A stretch of 64,000 bases of DNA from Deltaproteobacteria bacterium (GTDB taxonomy: Bacteria > Myxococcota_A > Polyangia > Polyangiales > Ga0077539), in the NCBI GenBank assembly GCA_947477565.1, contig CANJUR010000001.1, positions 27,996 to 91,995 on the forward strand, in the 5' to 3' direction. The translations under genes and the position numbers were made by a program. Positions 51,094-59,738 of this stretch are shown here, piece by piece (position 1 is the stretch's first letter; the number at the start of each line of letters is the position of its first letter). The notes beneath the pieces were generated by a model. That model did no database searches, was not told the origin of the DNA, and worked only from the letters and a program-made list of their open reading frames with translations.

Positions 51094-52406
51094 GTCGGAC
51101 TTCAAGAATCCCGGGCTTCTACAAAGAGTCGGTCGAGTCGCGGCGGCGACTGCTGGCGGAAGCCGCGGACCTCGATGGACCGGAACTCACCCGCGTCCTC
51201 GCCGGGGGCGGTCTCGACGTCACCACCGCAGACAAGACCGTCGAAAACGTCGTCGGCGTCTATGCCCTGCCCTTCAGTGTGGGGCTCAACGCGCGGGTCA
51301 ACGACCGGGACTTTCTCGTTCCGATGGTGGTCGAGGAGCCATCCGTGGTGGCCGCGGCGAGCAATGCCGCGCGGATGATTCGCGAGGGCGGTGGGTTCGT
51401 GGCGGAGAGCGATCCGCCGTGGATGATCGCGCAGGTGCAGCTCTGGGAAGTGGCCGACCCGCGCGCGGCGGAGGCCCGCATCGTGGCTGCACGCGACCGT
51501 CTGCTCGCCCTCGCGGACAAAGCCGTGGCGGGCCTGGTGGCGCGCGGCGGCGGGGCGCGGGAGATCGAAGTGCGCGACCTCGGCGACGGGCTCTTCGTGG
51601 TGCACATCCTGGTGGACGTGCAGGACGCGATGGGCGCCAACCTGGTCAACACCATCGCCGAGCGCCTCGCGCCGGAGATCGCCGCGCTGGCCGGCGGGCG
51701 CGTCGGGCTGCGCATCCTTTCGAACCTCTGCGATCGGCGGTGCGTGCGGGTGCGCGCGCGGGTCCCCGCGGCGATGCTGGCAACGGACGCGCTGCCCGGG
51801 GACGCAGTGCGCGACGGCATCGTGCTCGCGTCCCGGTTTGCCGAGCGTGACCCCTACCGCGCCGCCACGCACAACAAGGGCATCATGAACGGCGTCGATG
51901 CCGTGGCGATGGCGACGGGCAACGACTGGCGGGCGATCGAGGCCGGCGCGCACGCCTTCGCGGCACGCAACGGGCGCTACGAGCCGCTCTGCACCTGGCG
52001 CGCAGGCGACGACGGGGCGCTCGTCGGGACGATGGAGATCCCGCTGGCGTTCGGCATCGTCGGGGGGACGCTGCGGGTGCACCCTTCGGCGCGGCTCGCA
52101 CTGAAGCTGCTCAGCGTGCGGTCGGCGCAAGAGCTCGCGATGGTGGCAGCCTCCGTCGGGATGGCGTCCAACCTTGCGGCGCTTCGGGCGCTGGCGACGG
52201 AGGGCATCCAGCGCGGGCACATGTCGCTGCACGCGCGCGGAGTGGCGATGGCCGCCGGGGCGAAGGCCGACGAGATCGAGCGCGTGGCGGAGACCATCGC
52301 GGAGGCGTGCAACGTGACCCTCGACGCGGCGCGCGCGGCGCTCATCCGGCTGCGGGCGCCCCTGGAGACGGGGGCGGCGCGGTCTGTCGGTCGGCAAATA
52401 GATTGA
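51090..52406 (+). CDS. mvaA: Class II HMG-CoA reductase
   Basis: ATG 51090; ENVVGVYALPFSVGLNARVNDRDFLVPMVVEEPSVVAAASNAARM, DAMGANLVNT, ATHNKGIMNG, GGTL. ATGA overlap with the phosphomevalonate kinase gene. Confidence 0.9.
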   Translation: MSRTSRIPGFYKESVESRRRLLAEAADLDGPELTRVLAGGGLDVTTADKTVENVVGVYALPFSVGLNARVNDRDFLVPMVVEEPSVVAAASNAARMIREGGGFVAESDPPWMIAQVQLWEVADPRAAEARIVAARDRLLALADKAVAGLVARGGGAREIEVRDLGDGLFVVHILVDVQDAMGANLVNTIAERLAPEIAALAGGRVGLRILSNLCDRRCVRVRARVPAAMLATDALPGDAVRDGIVLASRFAERDPYRAATHNKGIMNGVDAVAMATGNDWRAIEAGAHAFAARNGRYEPLCTWRAGDDGALVGTMEIPLAFGIVGGTLRVHPSARLALKLLSVRSAQELAMVAASVGMASNLAALRALATEGIQRGHMSLHARGVAMAAGAKADEIERVAETIAEACNVTLDAARAALIRLRAPLETGAARSVGRQID

Positions 52407-52441
52407 TCGCGGGGCGTGCGAGCCCGATAGGGTGCTGAGCG

Positions 52442-52900
52442 ATGATGTCCTTCGAGAGCTTTGTTCGGCTCGGCTGGAGCTTCTTCCGGACGGTACTGCG
52501 GGGTCTCTTCCCGCGCCGGTCGCAGCTCCCACGGTTCGAGGCGCAGTACCGCCCCGATGGGGTGCTAAGCACTGCGCCTGCGGAGGTCGCGGTGCAGGAG
52601 CAGGCACAGCGCTGCTTCGCGTGCGGGGCGTGCGATGTGGTGGCGCTCGAGCGCGGGGAGTTTGGCGCCCTCGGACCAGGCGGCCCGATGGGCTTCGTGG
52701 TGGGCGTCACTCGCCAGGCGGGACTCGACCTCGGGGCGGCCGCGGACGTGACGCCAGCGCTGCTCGGGGCGCTGACCGAGGCGTGCCCGGTGCAGGTTCC
52801 CTTCGTGGCGCTGGTCGATCTGGTGCGGCGGCGGCGCAGTGAGGCCGATGGCGTCGCGCACGCGGCGGGGACGGCGCGGACCGCGCTCCCGGGGGCGTAG
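52442..52900 (+). CDS. Small protein with a single CxxCxxC...CP ferredoxin-like (Fe-S binding) signature; function unknown
   Basis: 152 aa, high GC3. CFACGAC plus a distal EACP resemble one half of the HdrD/GlpC-type 4Fe-4S motif pair. Starts 35 nt after the HMG-CoA reductase gene. Confidence 0.45.
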   Translation: MMSFESFVRLGWSFFRTVLRGLFPRRSQLPRFEAQYRPDGVLSTAPAEVAVQEQAQRCFACGACDVVALERGEFGALGPGGPMGFVVGVTRQAGLDLGAAADVTPALLGALTEACPVQVPFVALVDLVRRRRSEADGVAHAAGTARTALPGA

Positions 52901-53088
52901 TCGAAGCGTTCGTCCCCGGTCGACCGTCGTCCGCCACACCGCCCCCCCACCGGTGAATCATTGAACGCCCGCCACCGCTGGCGCATCACCTCTCCCATGT
53001 GGCACTGCTCCAACCGCTCCGCCCATCTCCGGCGCACGGCAGCCTTCCCGCTGGTCGGCGTCGAGCAAGCACTCCAAACGCCCACTCG

Positions 53089-54642
53089 ATGAACGCCCCC
53101 ACCCAGGACGCCCCAACCCGCCCTTCTGCCCTTCCGGGAAACCCGATGGGCCTCGTCACGCTCTTCCTGCTCTTCATCGTTGGCATCTCCTACATCGGCC
53201 TGGGCACCGAAGATGTCCGCGCCCCTGGGATGTTCTCGGTGATGGTCGAGTACAGCGTCTGGATCGGCCTTCTCCTGGTCGCGATGCTGCGTTCGCCGGG
53301 CGCGACGCTGCGGGTGAGCGACCCTTACCTGATGATGCTTGGCCTGGGGTTCAACTTCCTGGTGACCCCCGGAATCCTCTGGCTGCACGGCGCTGAACTA
53401 GAACGACAGTGGTTCGAACTCGGTCGCATCCGGATGGAGATCTTCATCCAGCTGCAGTGGCTGCACGTCATGTTCATCCTCGGGCTGAGCGCGGCATACT
53501 TCGCCCTCGCGCCGCGGCATCGCTTCATCTCCATCGCCCGCGATCCCGACGTCGCGCTCCCCAACAGCACCCCGTGGATCGTCATGGGTCTTCTGCCCTT
53601 CCTCATCGGCGTCGTGCAGCGCGTGATCACCACCGGCTCCTTGTCCGCGACGCAGAACTACGGCGAGATCTGGGCCAACGACTACGCCGCAGCCACCGCC
53701 GTCCACGCCGAGGGCGGGAGCGCGCTCGTGGCCTCGCAGTTCGTCGGCAAGGTGTGGTTTCTCCCGTGGCTGGCGCTGGGCATCGGCGAGGGGCTTCTGC
53801 TCGCCAGGCTCCTGCGGGAGAAGCGCCTGCTACCGCTCGTGTTGTTCGCGCTACAGGCTCCGGTGCTGCTCTTCCTCAACTCCGGCGGTCGCAGCGTCAT
53901 CGCCGCGCCCTTCCTCATCGCGGTGCTCGTCGCCGACGTGCTGGTCGGACCCATCCGTTGGCGCTGGGTGCTCAGCATCGGCGCCGTCGCGATGGTGTTT
54001 CTCAACTTCTTCGGCATCTACCGGGCCTACCGGGAGCGTGACTTCGGCGAGGCCTTCGCGATCGCCAACGAGCGCTTCAGCTCGGTCTCGCGCACCGAGA
54101 GCCTCTCCGCGGAGGGCCCCATCATGCTGATGAAAGAGCACTTCGCCATCGCGTGGACCGACGCCACGAACTACACCCGCGGGGTCTCGTACTTCAGCGA
54201 GTCGATTCTCTCGCTCCTGCCGCAGCAAATCGTCCCGGAGAAGCTCCGGTACATGAACACCTCGGCCTTCCTCTCCCGGGAGTTTCTCGGCGGGGCGGCG
54301 GACGTGGGCGCGGGCATCGCCGGGGCGATCATCGCCGACGGCTACATGATCGGCCGCGAACTCGGGGTGATCGTCCTCGGGGTGGTTCTCGGCGGCATCG
54401 GTGGGGGCATCAGCCGCGCGCTCGCCACGGGTAGCCAGCAAGCGGACGGGCAACCGATGCTCTGGCAGGTGGTGCTTCTGGTGTCCTGGTCGCTCCAGGG
54501 CATTCCCTTCTTCCGCAACGACCTCTCGGTGGTCGTTTCGCAGCTGGGCTCCGTGGTGGTGATCCCCTCGGTGCTCTTCGCGCTCTGGGTCGGCCTCACG
54601 CCCAACAGCCCGTGGGCGATCCGCGTCTCCAACCGGGAATGA
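53089..54642 (+). CDS. Polytopic membrane protein (10 or more predicted TM segments), possibly Wzy/O-antigen-polymerase-like
   Basis: Start at ATG 53089 (MNAPTQD...). Hydrophobic segments run along the whole length, with one larger loop. The functional call is a guess from topology only. Confidence 0.45.
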   Translation: MNAPTQDAPTRPSALPGNPMGLVTLFLLFIVGISYIGLGTEDVRAPGMFSVMVEYSVWIGLLLVAMLRSPGATLRVSDPYLMMLGLGFNFLVTPGILWLHGAELERQWFELGRIRMEIFIQLQWLHVMFILGLSAAYFALAPRHRFISIARDPDVALPNSTPWIVMGLLPFLIGVVQRVITTGSLSATQNYGEIWANDYAAATAVHAEGGSALVASQFVGKVWFLPWLALGIGEGLLLARLLREKRLLPLVLFALQAPVLLFLNSGGRSVIAAPFLIAVLVADVLVGPIRWRWVLSIGAVAMVFLNFFGIYRAYRERDFGEAFAIANERFSSVSRTESLSAEGPIMLMKEHFAIAWTDATNYTRGVSYFSESILSLLPQQIVPEKLRYMNTSAFLSREFLGGAADVGAGIAGAIIADGYMIGRELGVIVLGVVLGGIGGGISRALATGSQQADGQPMLWQVVLLVSWSLQGIPFFRNDLSVVVSQLGSVVVIPSVLFALWVGLTPNSPWAIRVSNRE

Positions 54643-54651
54643 ACGCGCTCG

Positions 54652-55314
54652 CTACGCCGTGGGCGTAGGCGTCGGGGCGCTGGCCTTCGCCGTCGTCCGG
54701 GGGCGCGGGAAGTACCCCTCCGCGGCCGAACGTCCGATCTCCTGCACCAGCGCGCCGTAGGTCTTCTCGACCTGTCGCCGCCACGCGTCCGTCGCCTTCG
54801 CCACCACCGTCGCGGCCTTCGCTGCCTCGGTGCGGGCGTCGTCCACGGCGGTCACGCCCTCGCGCCACGCCTTGAGCCCCGCGACGAGCGCGGGCAGCAG
54901 CGCCTTCCGTGCCTCGTCGGCCTTCGGGAGATGGGCCTCCGCGCGGTCTTTGAGTTCCTTGTAGCGCCGCTCCTGCTCGTCGAGCGTGGCGGCGGTGTAG
55001 TAACTGATCCCGTGGGGGAAGAGGTCGGTGTAGGGCGCCTCCCGGGCCGAGTGGACACCGCGGCCCGCGAGGCGATTGCGCGCCTCCTGGGTGGCCGTGT
55101 CGAGCGTCGCGTCGGCGGCGTCGCGATCGGCGAGGGCGTCTTCGGTCGCCTCGTCGGCATCGGCGGCGGCGCGCGCACTGGCCTTCAGCGTCGCGGTGGC
55201 CCCCGCCACGGACTCCGACAGCACCGCAAACCCCGCGCGCCGCAGCCTCCTGGCCACGTAGCGCCCGTACTTCACCCGCACATCCGCCACCGCACTGTCC
55301 CTGGGAAAATGCAT
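54652..55314 (-). CDS. Ala/charge-rich, probably alpha-helical hypothetical protein
   Basis: ATG 55314 (MHFPRDSAV...). High GC3; no motif recognised. Divergent from the ABC operon across the 43-bp repeat region. Confidence 0.45.
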   Translation of the reverse strand: MHFPRDSAVADVRVKYGRYVARRLRRAGFAVLSESVAGATATLKASARAAADADEATEDALADRDAADATLDTATQEARNRLAGRGVHSAREAPYTDLFPHGISYYTAATLDEQERRYKELKDRAEAHLPKADEARKALLPALVAGLKAWREGVTAVDDARTEAAKAATVVAKATDAWRRQVEKTYGALVQEIGRSAAEGYFPRPRTTAKASAPTPTPTA

Positions 55315-55440
55315 CGACCGATCTCCATCCCTCCGAAGGGCCGATCGGCGACACCGTGCCGCCACGCCCCCCGAAGATGCCTCGACCATATCGGCGTAGC
55401 GCGACGCTTCGCAAGCGCCTTACGGCCCGGTTGGCAACCT

Positions 55441-55566
55441 GGTCACGCTGTACCAGAGCGCACATGGGCCCGTGCAGCGGCCCGGTCACGCTGTACCAGA
55501 GCGCACAAGGGCCCGTGCAGCGGCCCGGTTACGCTGGACCAGGGCGCACACGGGGCCCGTGGGAAG
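55441..55566. repeat. Three direct 43-bp tandem repeats (third copy degenerate) in a divergent intergenic region
   Basis: 55441-55483 is ggtcacgctgtaccagagcgcacatgggcccgtgcagcggccc. 55484-55526 is identical except for one base (t to a). 55527 onward reads ggttacgctggaccagggcgcacacggggcccgtggg. Each unit contains the GCAC..GGGCCC..GTGC imperfect palindrome. Confidence 0.85.
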
Positions 55567-55686
55567 TCTATGCACGGGCCGCAACCGCCGAACCCGGGGG
55601 ATGGAGCGCGCCGTCCGACGCCACGCGACCGCTCTCCCCGTCGAGTGCCCACCCCACGGAGAGAACCCGCATCGACGGCGCGGGCG

Positions 55687-56628
55687 ATGGTGATAGCGTC
55701 CGCGGCTGTGAAGCTACGGGTCCGATCGCTATCGCGGCGCTACGAGGGGGTCACCGCCCTCGACGACGTCACCCTCACGATCCCGGAGGGGCGCACGGCG
55801 CTGCTCGGGCCCAACGGCGCTGGGAAGAGCACCCTCCTCAAGTGCGTACTGGGCCTCGTGCGCCCCAGCAGCGGCGAGATCGAGGTGCTCGGCATCGACC
55901 CGCGGCGCGATCCGCTCGGCGTGCGCGCCCGTATCGGGTACATGCCCGAAGACGACGCGCACCTGCCCGACCTCACCGCCGTCGAACTCTGCGCATACGG
56001 CGCCGAACTCGCGGGCCTCCCGCCCAACGAGGCCATCGACCGCGCGCACGCCGCCCTCTTCTACGTCGGCATCGACGACAAGCGGTACATGCCCGTGCAG
56101 GGCTACTCCACCGGCCTCCGCCAACGCACCAAGCTCGCCGCGGCCATCGTCCACGACCCCGAACTTCTCTTCCTCGACGAGCCCACCAACGGGCTCGACC
56201 CCGCCTCGCGCGAAGAGATGCTCTCGCTCATCGCCGACCTGCGCGACCGTCGCGGGTGCAGCGTGGTGCTCTCCACGCACCTCCTCGCGGACGTCGAGCG
56301 CGTCTGCGACCACGTCGTCGTCCTCAACGCCGGCAAGGTCGTCGCCGACGCGCCGCTCGCGGAGGTGCTGGGCGTCGGCGATGGGCGGTACCTTGTGCGC
56401 GTGAAGCCCGTCGCCGAGCGCTTCGCCGGCTTCGAGCGCGCCCTCCACGACCGCGGCTGCAGCAGCACCCCCTCCCCGGACGCCCGCGGCGAATGGATCA
56501 TCCGCCCCCCCACCGTCGATGACCCGACGCCCATCTGGGAGGCCGCACTCCAGGCGGACGTTCAGGTGCGGCACCTCGCTCTTCGCAAGGCCTCCCTCGA
56601 CGAGGCATTTCTCAGGCTGCTGGCGTGA
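55687..56628 (+). CDS. ABC transporter ATP-binding protein (ABC-2/DrrA-like, with C-terminal extension)
   Basis: Walker A GPNGAGKST, signature YSTGLRQR, Walker B LLFLDEPTNGLD, H-loop STHLL. Start at ATG 55687 within ORF 54931..56628. Confidence 0.88.
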   Translation: MVIASAAVKLRVRSLSRRYEGVTALDDVTLTIPEGRTALLGPNGAGKSTLLKCVLGLVRPSSGEIEVLGIDPRRDPLGVRARIGYMPEDDAHLPDLTAVELCAYGAELAGLPPNEAIDRAHAALFYVGIDDKRYMPVQGYSTGLRQRTKLAAAIVHDPELLFLDEPTNGLDPASREEMLSLIADLRDRRGCSVVLSTHLLADVERVCDHVVVLNAGKVVADAPLAEVLGVGDGRYLVRVKPVAERFAGFERALHDRGCSSTPSPDARGEWIIRPPTVDDPTPIWEAALQADVQVRHLALRKASLDEAFLRLLA

Positions 56629-57563
56629 CCTCACCGATGGCAACCCCCACTACGAAGCCCGCTGCCTCCCCCGTCGGGGTGGTTCACTCCCTGGCGTACT
56701 CCCGCTACGCCGGACCACGCCGCTCGCCCAACTTCACCCCGCTGGTCATCGCGAGATACGCGTTGATGGCGCAGCTTCGTCAGCGCGGCGTGAAGGTGGC
56801 ACTGCTCCTGGGGGTGCTGCTGATGGCCATCTTCGCAGCGGGAATGGGCTTCAAGTGGGCACTGCCCACGCTGGCGAGCGGGGCGATGTTCGGGGGGGCG
56901 CAGAGCAACCCCGCACAGCTTGCCGCGATCGTGCGGGAAGGCGAAGCGGACGTCCTCTCCATGACACTCCGGACGCAGTTTCTACCGACCTTCCTGTTGG
57001 TGCTCTGGTGCGGCGCGGGGGCCATCTCCGCCGACCTGATGGCGGGCGCTTTCCAGTTTCACTTCTCCCGCCCGGTGAGCCCCGGGCGCTACCTCGCCGG
57101 CCGCATGCTCTCCGCCTCCGGATGGTCCCTCGCGCTCTCCTTCGGAACACTCCTGGTCTTCGCCCTCGAGCGCCTCGCGTTTCAATCGACGCCGCTCGGG
57201 GCTGCGCGGGCCTTCGGCCTCGGCGCCGTGGTGGTGTTTCTCGAACTCTCTTCCCTCTCCGCGGTCGCCCTCGGGGTGTCCTCCCTCACCCGCCGCAAGG
57301 GGCTGTCGCAGGCCATGTTCGCGGCCATCGTCTTCGCTGGGTGGGTGCTCTTTCGCAGCCTCGGGGCGCTGCTCCGGACGCCGTGGGTGAAGACCCTCGA
57401 TCTGGTGTCCTGCGTCGATGCGATGGTGTCGCAGTTCAATGGTGACAGCCCACTGCACGGCGCGCGGGCGGCCATCCCGGCGCTCGCCTGGTTGGTCTGG
57501 ACGGCGGGGTCGCTCGGCCTCGCGGCGTGGCGGCTGTCCCGCGCGGAGGTCAACCGGGGATGA
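56625..57563 (+). CDS. ABC-2-type permease-like membrane protein
   Basis: 312 aa with about 6 hydrophobic segments. GTGA overlap upstream and ATGA overlap downstream. Confidence 0.6.
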   Translation: MTSPMATPTTKPAASPVGVVHSLAYSRYAGPRRSPNFTPLVIARYALMAQLRQRGVKVALLLGVLLMAIFAAGMGFKWALPTLASGAMFGGAQSNPAQLAAIVREGEADVLSMTLRTQFLPTFLLVLWCGAGAISADLMAGAFQFHFSRPVSPGRYLAGRMLSASGWSLALSFGTLLVFALERLAFQSTPLGAARAFGLGAVVVFLELSSLSAVALGVSSLTRRKGLSQAMFAAIVFAGWVLFRSLGALLRTPWVKTLDLVSCVDAMVSQFNGDSPLHGARAAIPALAWLVWTAGSLGLAAWRLSRAEVNRG

Positions 57564-58498
57564 GTGCAGTGCTGGAATTCGTGGGTGTCTCGAAGTGGTA
57601 CGGCGCGGTGCTGGGGCTGCGCGACGTGAGCGTGCAGATCGGCGCGGGCATCACCGGGCTGCTCGGTCCCAACGGCGCGGGCAAGAGCACGCTGTTGAAG
57701 TGCATGACCGGCGAGGTGCGACCGAGCCGCGGCGAGGTGCGGATGTTCGGCCGCCAGGTGCCCGACACGGAGGTGTTTCGTCGCCTCGGGTACGCGCCGG
57801 AGATCGAGGTCTTCTTCGAAGAGCTGACGGGCCGCGAGTTTGTCGCCCACCTCGCGGAGATCTCGGGGTACGGGCGCGCCGAGGCCGACCGCCGGGCCGG
57901 AGCGGTGCTGCAGCGCGTGGGCCTGGAGTCCGCGATGAACCGCCGGGTCAGCACCTACTCCAAGGGCATGCGGCAGCGCACCAAGCTGGCGCAGGCGATC
58001 CTGCACGAGCCCGAGGTGGTGCTTCTCGACGAACCCATGACGGGCCTCGACCCGCTCGGGCGAGCGCAGATGGTGGCGTTGATTCAGTCCCTGGGCGCAG
58101 AGGGGCGCACGGTGGTGGTGTCGAGCCACATCCTCGACGAGGTCGAGGTGATGACCCGGGAGATCGTGGTGCTCTACCAGGGACAACTTCTCGCGCAGGG
58201 CGACCTGCACGCCATCCGCGGGCTCATCGATCGGCACCCGCACCACCTCGCGATACGCACCCCGAAGCCGCGCGAACTCGCCGCCGCGCTGGCCCCGGAG
58301 GCCTTCGTGGTGGCGCTGCGCTTCGAAGGCAACGATCAGCTCATGGTGGAGACCCGCGACCCCGACCGCTGCTACTCCGCGGTGCCGCGCATCGCAAAGG
58401 AGCACGGGGTTCCGTTGCTCGCGCTCACCTCGCCGGACGACAACCTGGCGGCGGTGTTTCGCTACCTGACCCTGGGCGCGCGCGGGGGTTCGGCGTGA
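57560..58498 (+). CDS. Second ABC transporter ATP-binding protein
   Basis: MSAVLEFVGVSKWYG, Walker A GPNGAGKST, signature YSKGMRQR, Walker B VLLDEPMTGLD, SSHIL. The start comes from the ORF-track frame (57527 + 33 nt). Confidence 0.88.
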   Translation: MSAVLEFVGVSKWYGAVLGLRDVSVQIGAGITGLLGPNGAGKSTLLKCMTGEVRPSRGEVRMFGRQVPDTEVFRRLGYAPEIEVFFEELTGREFVAHLAEISGYGRAEADRRAGAVLQRVGLESAMNRRVSTYSKGMRQRTKLAQAILHEPEVVLLDEPMTGLDPLGRAQMVALIQSLGAEGRTVVVSSHILDEVEVMTREIVVLYQGQLLAQGDLHAIRGLIDRHPHHLAIRTPKPRELAAALAPEAFVVALRFEGNDQLMVETRDPDRCYSAVPRIAKEHGVPLLALTSPDDNLAAVFRYLTLGARGGSA

Positions 58499-59220
58499 GC
58501 GCGGCGCTCTCCATTGCGCGGGTATCGATTCTGCGGGCGGTGCGTCGGCCGAGTTCATGGTGGCTCTCCGCGCTGGCCTTCCTGCCGGCGCTGCTGGGCG
58601 GATGGCTCGGCGCGACGGGGTACGACGCGCTCTCCGTCCCGGCGCCGCTGCTGGTGTACGTGGCCGCACCCCTGCTGGTGGTGCCGTGGGTGGCCGGCGT
58701 GCTGGGCGAGGCCTTCGAGCGACGCACGGTGATCTATTGGTTCGTGCGGCCCGTGGCGCGGCCGACGGCGCTGCTGGGCGAGTGGCTTGGCGCAGCCGCC
58801 GCCGTCGGGACGGTGCTGCTGCTGGGCGGCGCGATGCTCGCGGTGGCCAACGCCCTCACGGGCAACGCAGCCATCTCGTCGCTCGCCCGCTTGCCGCTGG
58901 CGATGTTCGCGGAGGCGGTGGCCCTGGCGGGCTTCTCCGTCGGCGTGGCGGCGATCGCGCCGAAGCACCCGGTGTCCGTGGCGATCGGCGCGCTCGCGGT
59001 CACCGAGGTGGCGCTCCCGTCGCTCTGGGGGCCGCTGCAGGGCGTGTCGCTCTCGCGGCAGGTGTTGATCCTCGCGGGCATAGACGCTGCGCCGCTGCTG
59101 AGCAGCCTGGTGGGCGAGGCGCCGACGCCCTCCCTCGCGATGGCGCTGTTGGTGCTCGGGCTCTTCGTGGCGATTCCGCTCGGTCTGGCGGTGCGCACGG
59201 TGCTCGACCGCGACCTCTGA
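58495..59220 (+). CDS. Second ABC-2-type permease-like membrane protein
   Basis: GTG 58495 (VSAALSIARVSILRAV...). 241 aa with about 6 hydrophobic segments. GTGA overlap with the ATPase gene. Confidence 0.6.
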   Translation: MSAALSIARVSILRAVRRPSSWWLSALAFLPALLGGWLGATGYDALSVPAPLLVYVAAPLLVVPWVAGVLGEAFERRTVIYWFVRPVARPTALLGEWLGAAAAVGTVLLLGGAMLAVANALTGNAAISSLARLPLAMFAEAVALAGFSVGVAAIAPKHPVSVAIGALAVTEVALPSLWGPLQGVSLSRQVLILAGIDAAPLLSSLVGEAPTPSLAMALLVLGLFVAIPLGLAVRTVLDRDL

Positions 59221-59264
59221 GCGGACTCTCCCCCGCCGGGCCCTTCGCGGGTATGGTCCGGGTA

Positions 59265-59738
59265 ATGAAGCTCGCAACCGGACAAATCGCGCCCAACGCC
59301 TCGGGGATGCTCCCCGACCACTCGACCTTCAGCGTCCACGGGGCGCGGGGTAAATCGTTGGTTCTCTTCTTCTACCCGAAGGACTTCACCCCCGGGTGCA
59401 CCCGCGAGGTGTGCAGCTTCCGCGACGCCTTCGGCGAGCTTGCCGCCGAAGGGGCCGTGCGCGTGGTCGGCGTCAGCCGCGATGACGTCGAGACCCACAA
59501 GCGCTTCATCGCCGACCACGGGCTGCAGTACGAACTCGTCGCCGACCCCTCCGGCGAGATGGCCCGGGCCTTCAATGTGCTCCGCCTCGGAGGGCTCATC
59601 CCGTTCCAGAAGCGGGTCACCTACGTCATCGACCCGGCGGGCGTGATCCGCGGAATCTTCCACCATGAGATTGCCGTCAACGCCCACGTCGATGACGTGC
59701 GCCGCTGCCTCGCCTCGCTCCGCACCGCAGTGGTGTGA
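59265..59738 (+). CDS. bcp: Peroxiredoxin Bcp (thiol peroxidase)
   Basis: LVLFFYPKDFTPGCTREVCSFRD peroxidatic-Cys motif; VVGVSRDDVETHKRF. Alternative start at ATG 59253. Confidence 0.9.
   Translation: MKLATGQIAPNASGMLPDHSTFSVHGARGKSLVLFFYPKDFTPGCTREVCSFRDAFGELAAEGAVRVVGVSRDDVETHKRFIADHGLQYELVADPSGEMARAFNVLRLGGLIPFQKRVTYVIDPAGVIRGIFHHEIAVNAHVDDVRRCLASLRTAVV

Noticed and set aside
47098-52406. Mevalonate operon as a recent horizontally acquired island
   Set aside because: Codon third-position bias and the gene-packing style are indistinguishable from the neighbouring genes, and no mobility genes flank it.
47002-52607. Series of long minus-strand ORFs (47002..48249, 49350..51071, 51102..52607) across the mevalonate operon
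   Set aside because: All are antisense to genes with textbook motifs (DDxxD, GHMP, HMG-CoA reductase blocks). Their translations are Arg/Gly/Pro-rich without motifs.
55441-55566. Possibility that the 43-bp repeats are a small CRISPR array
   Set aside because: The units are directly abutting with no spacers, and no cas genes are present in the window.
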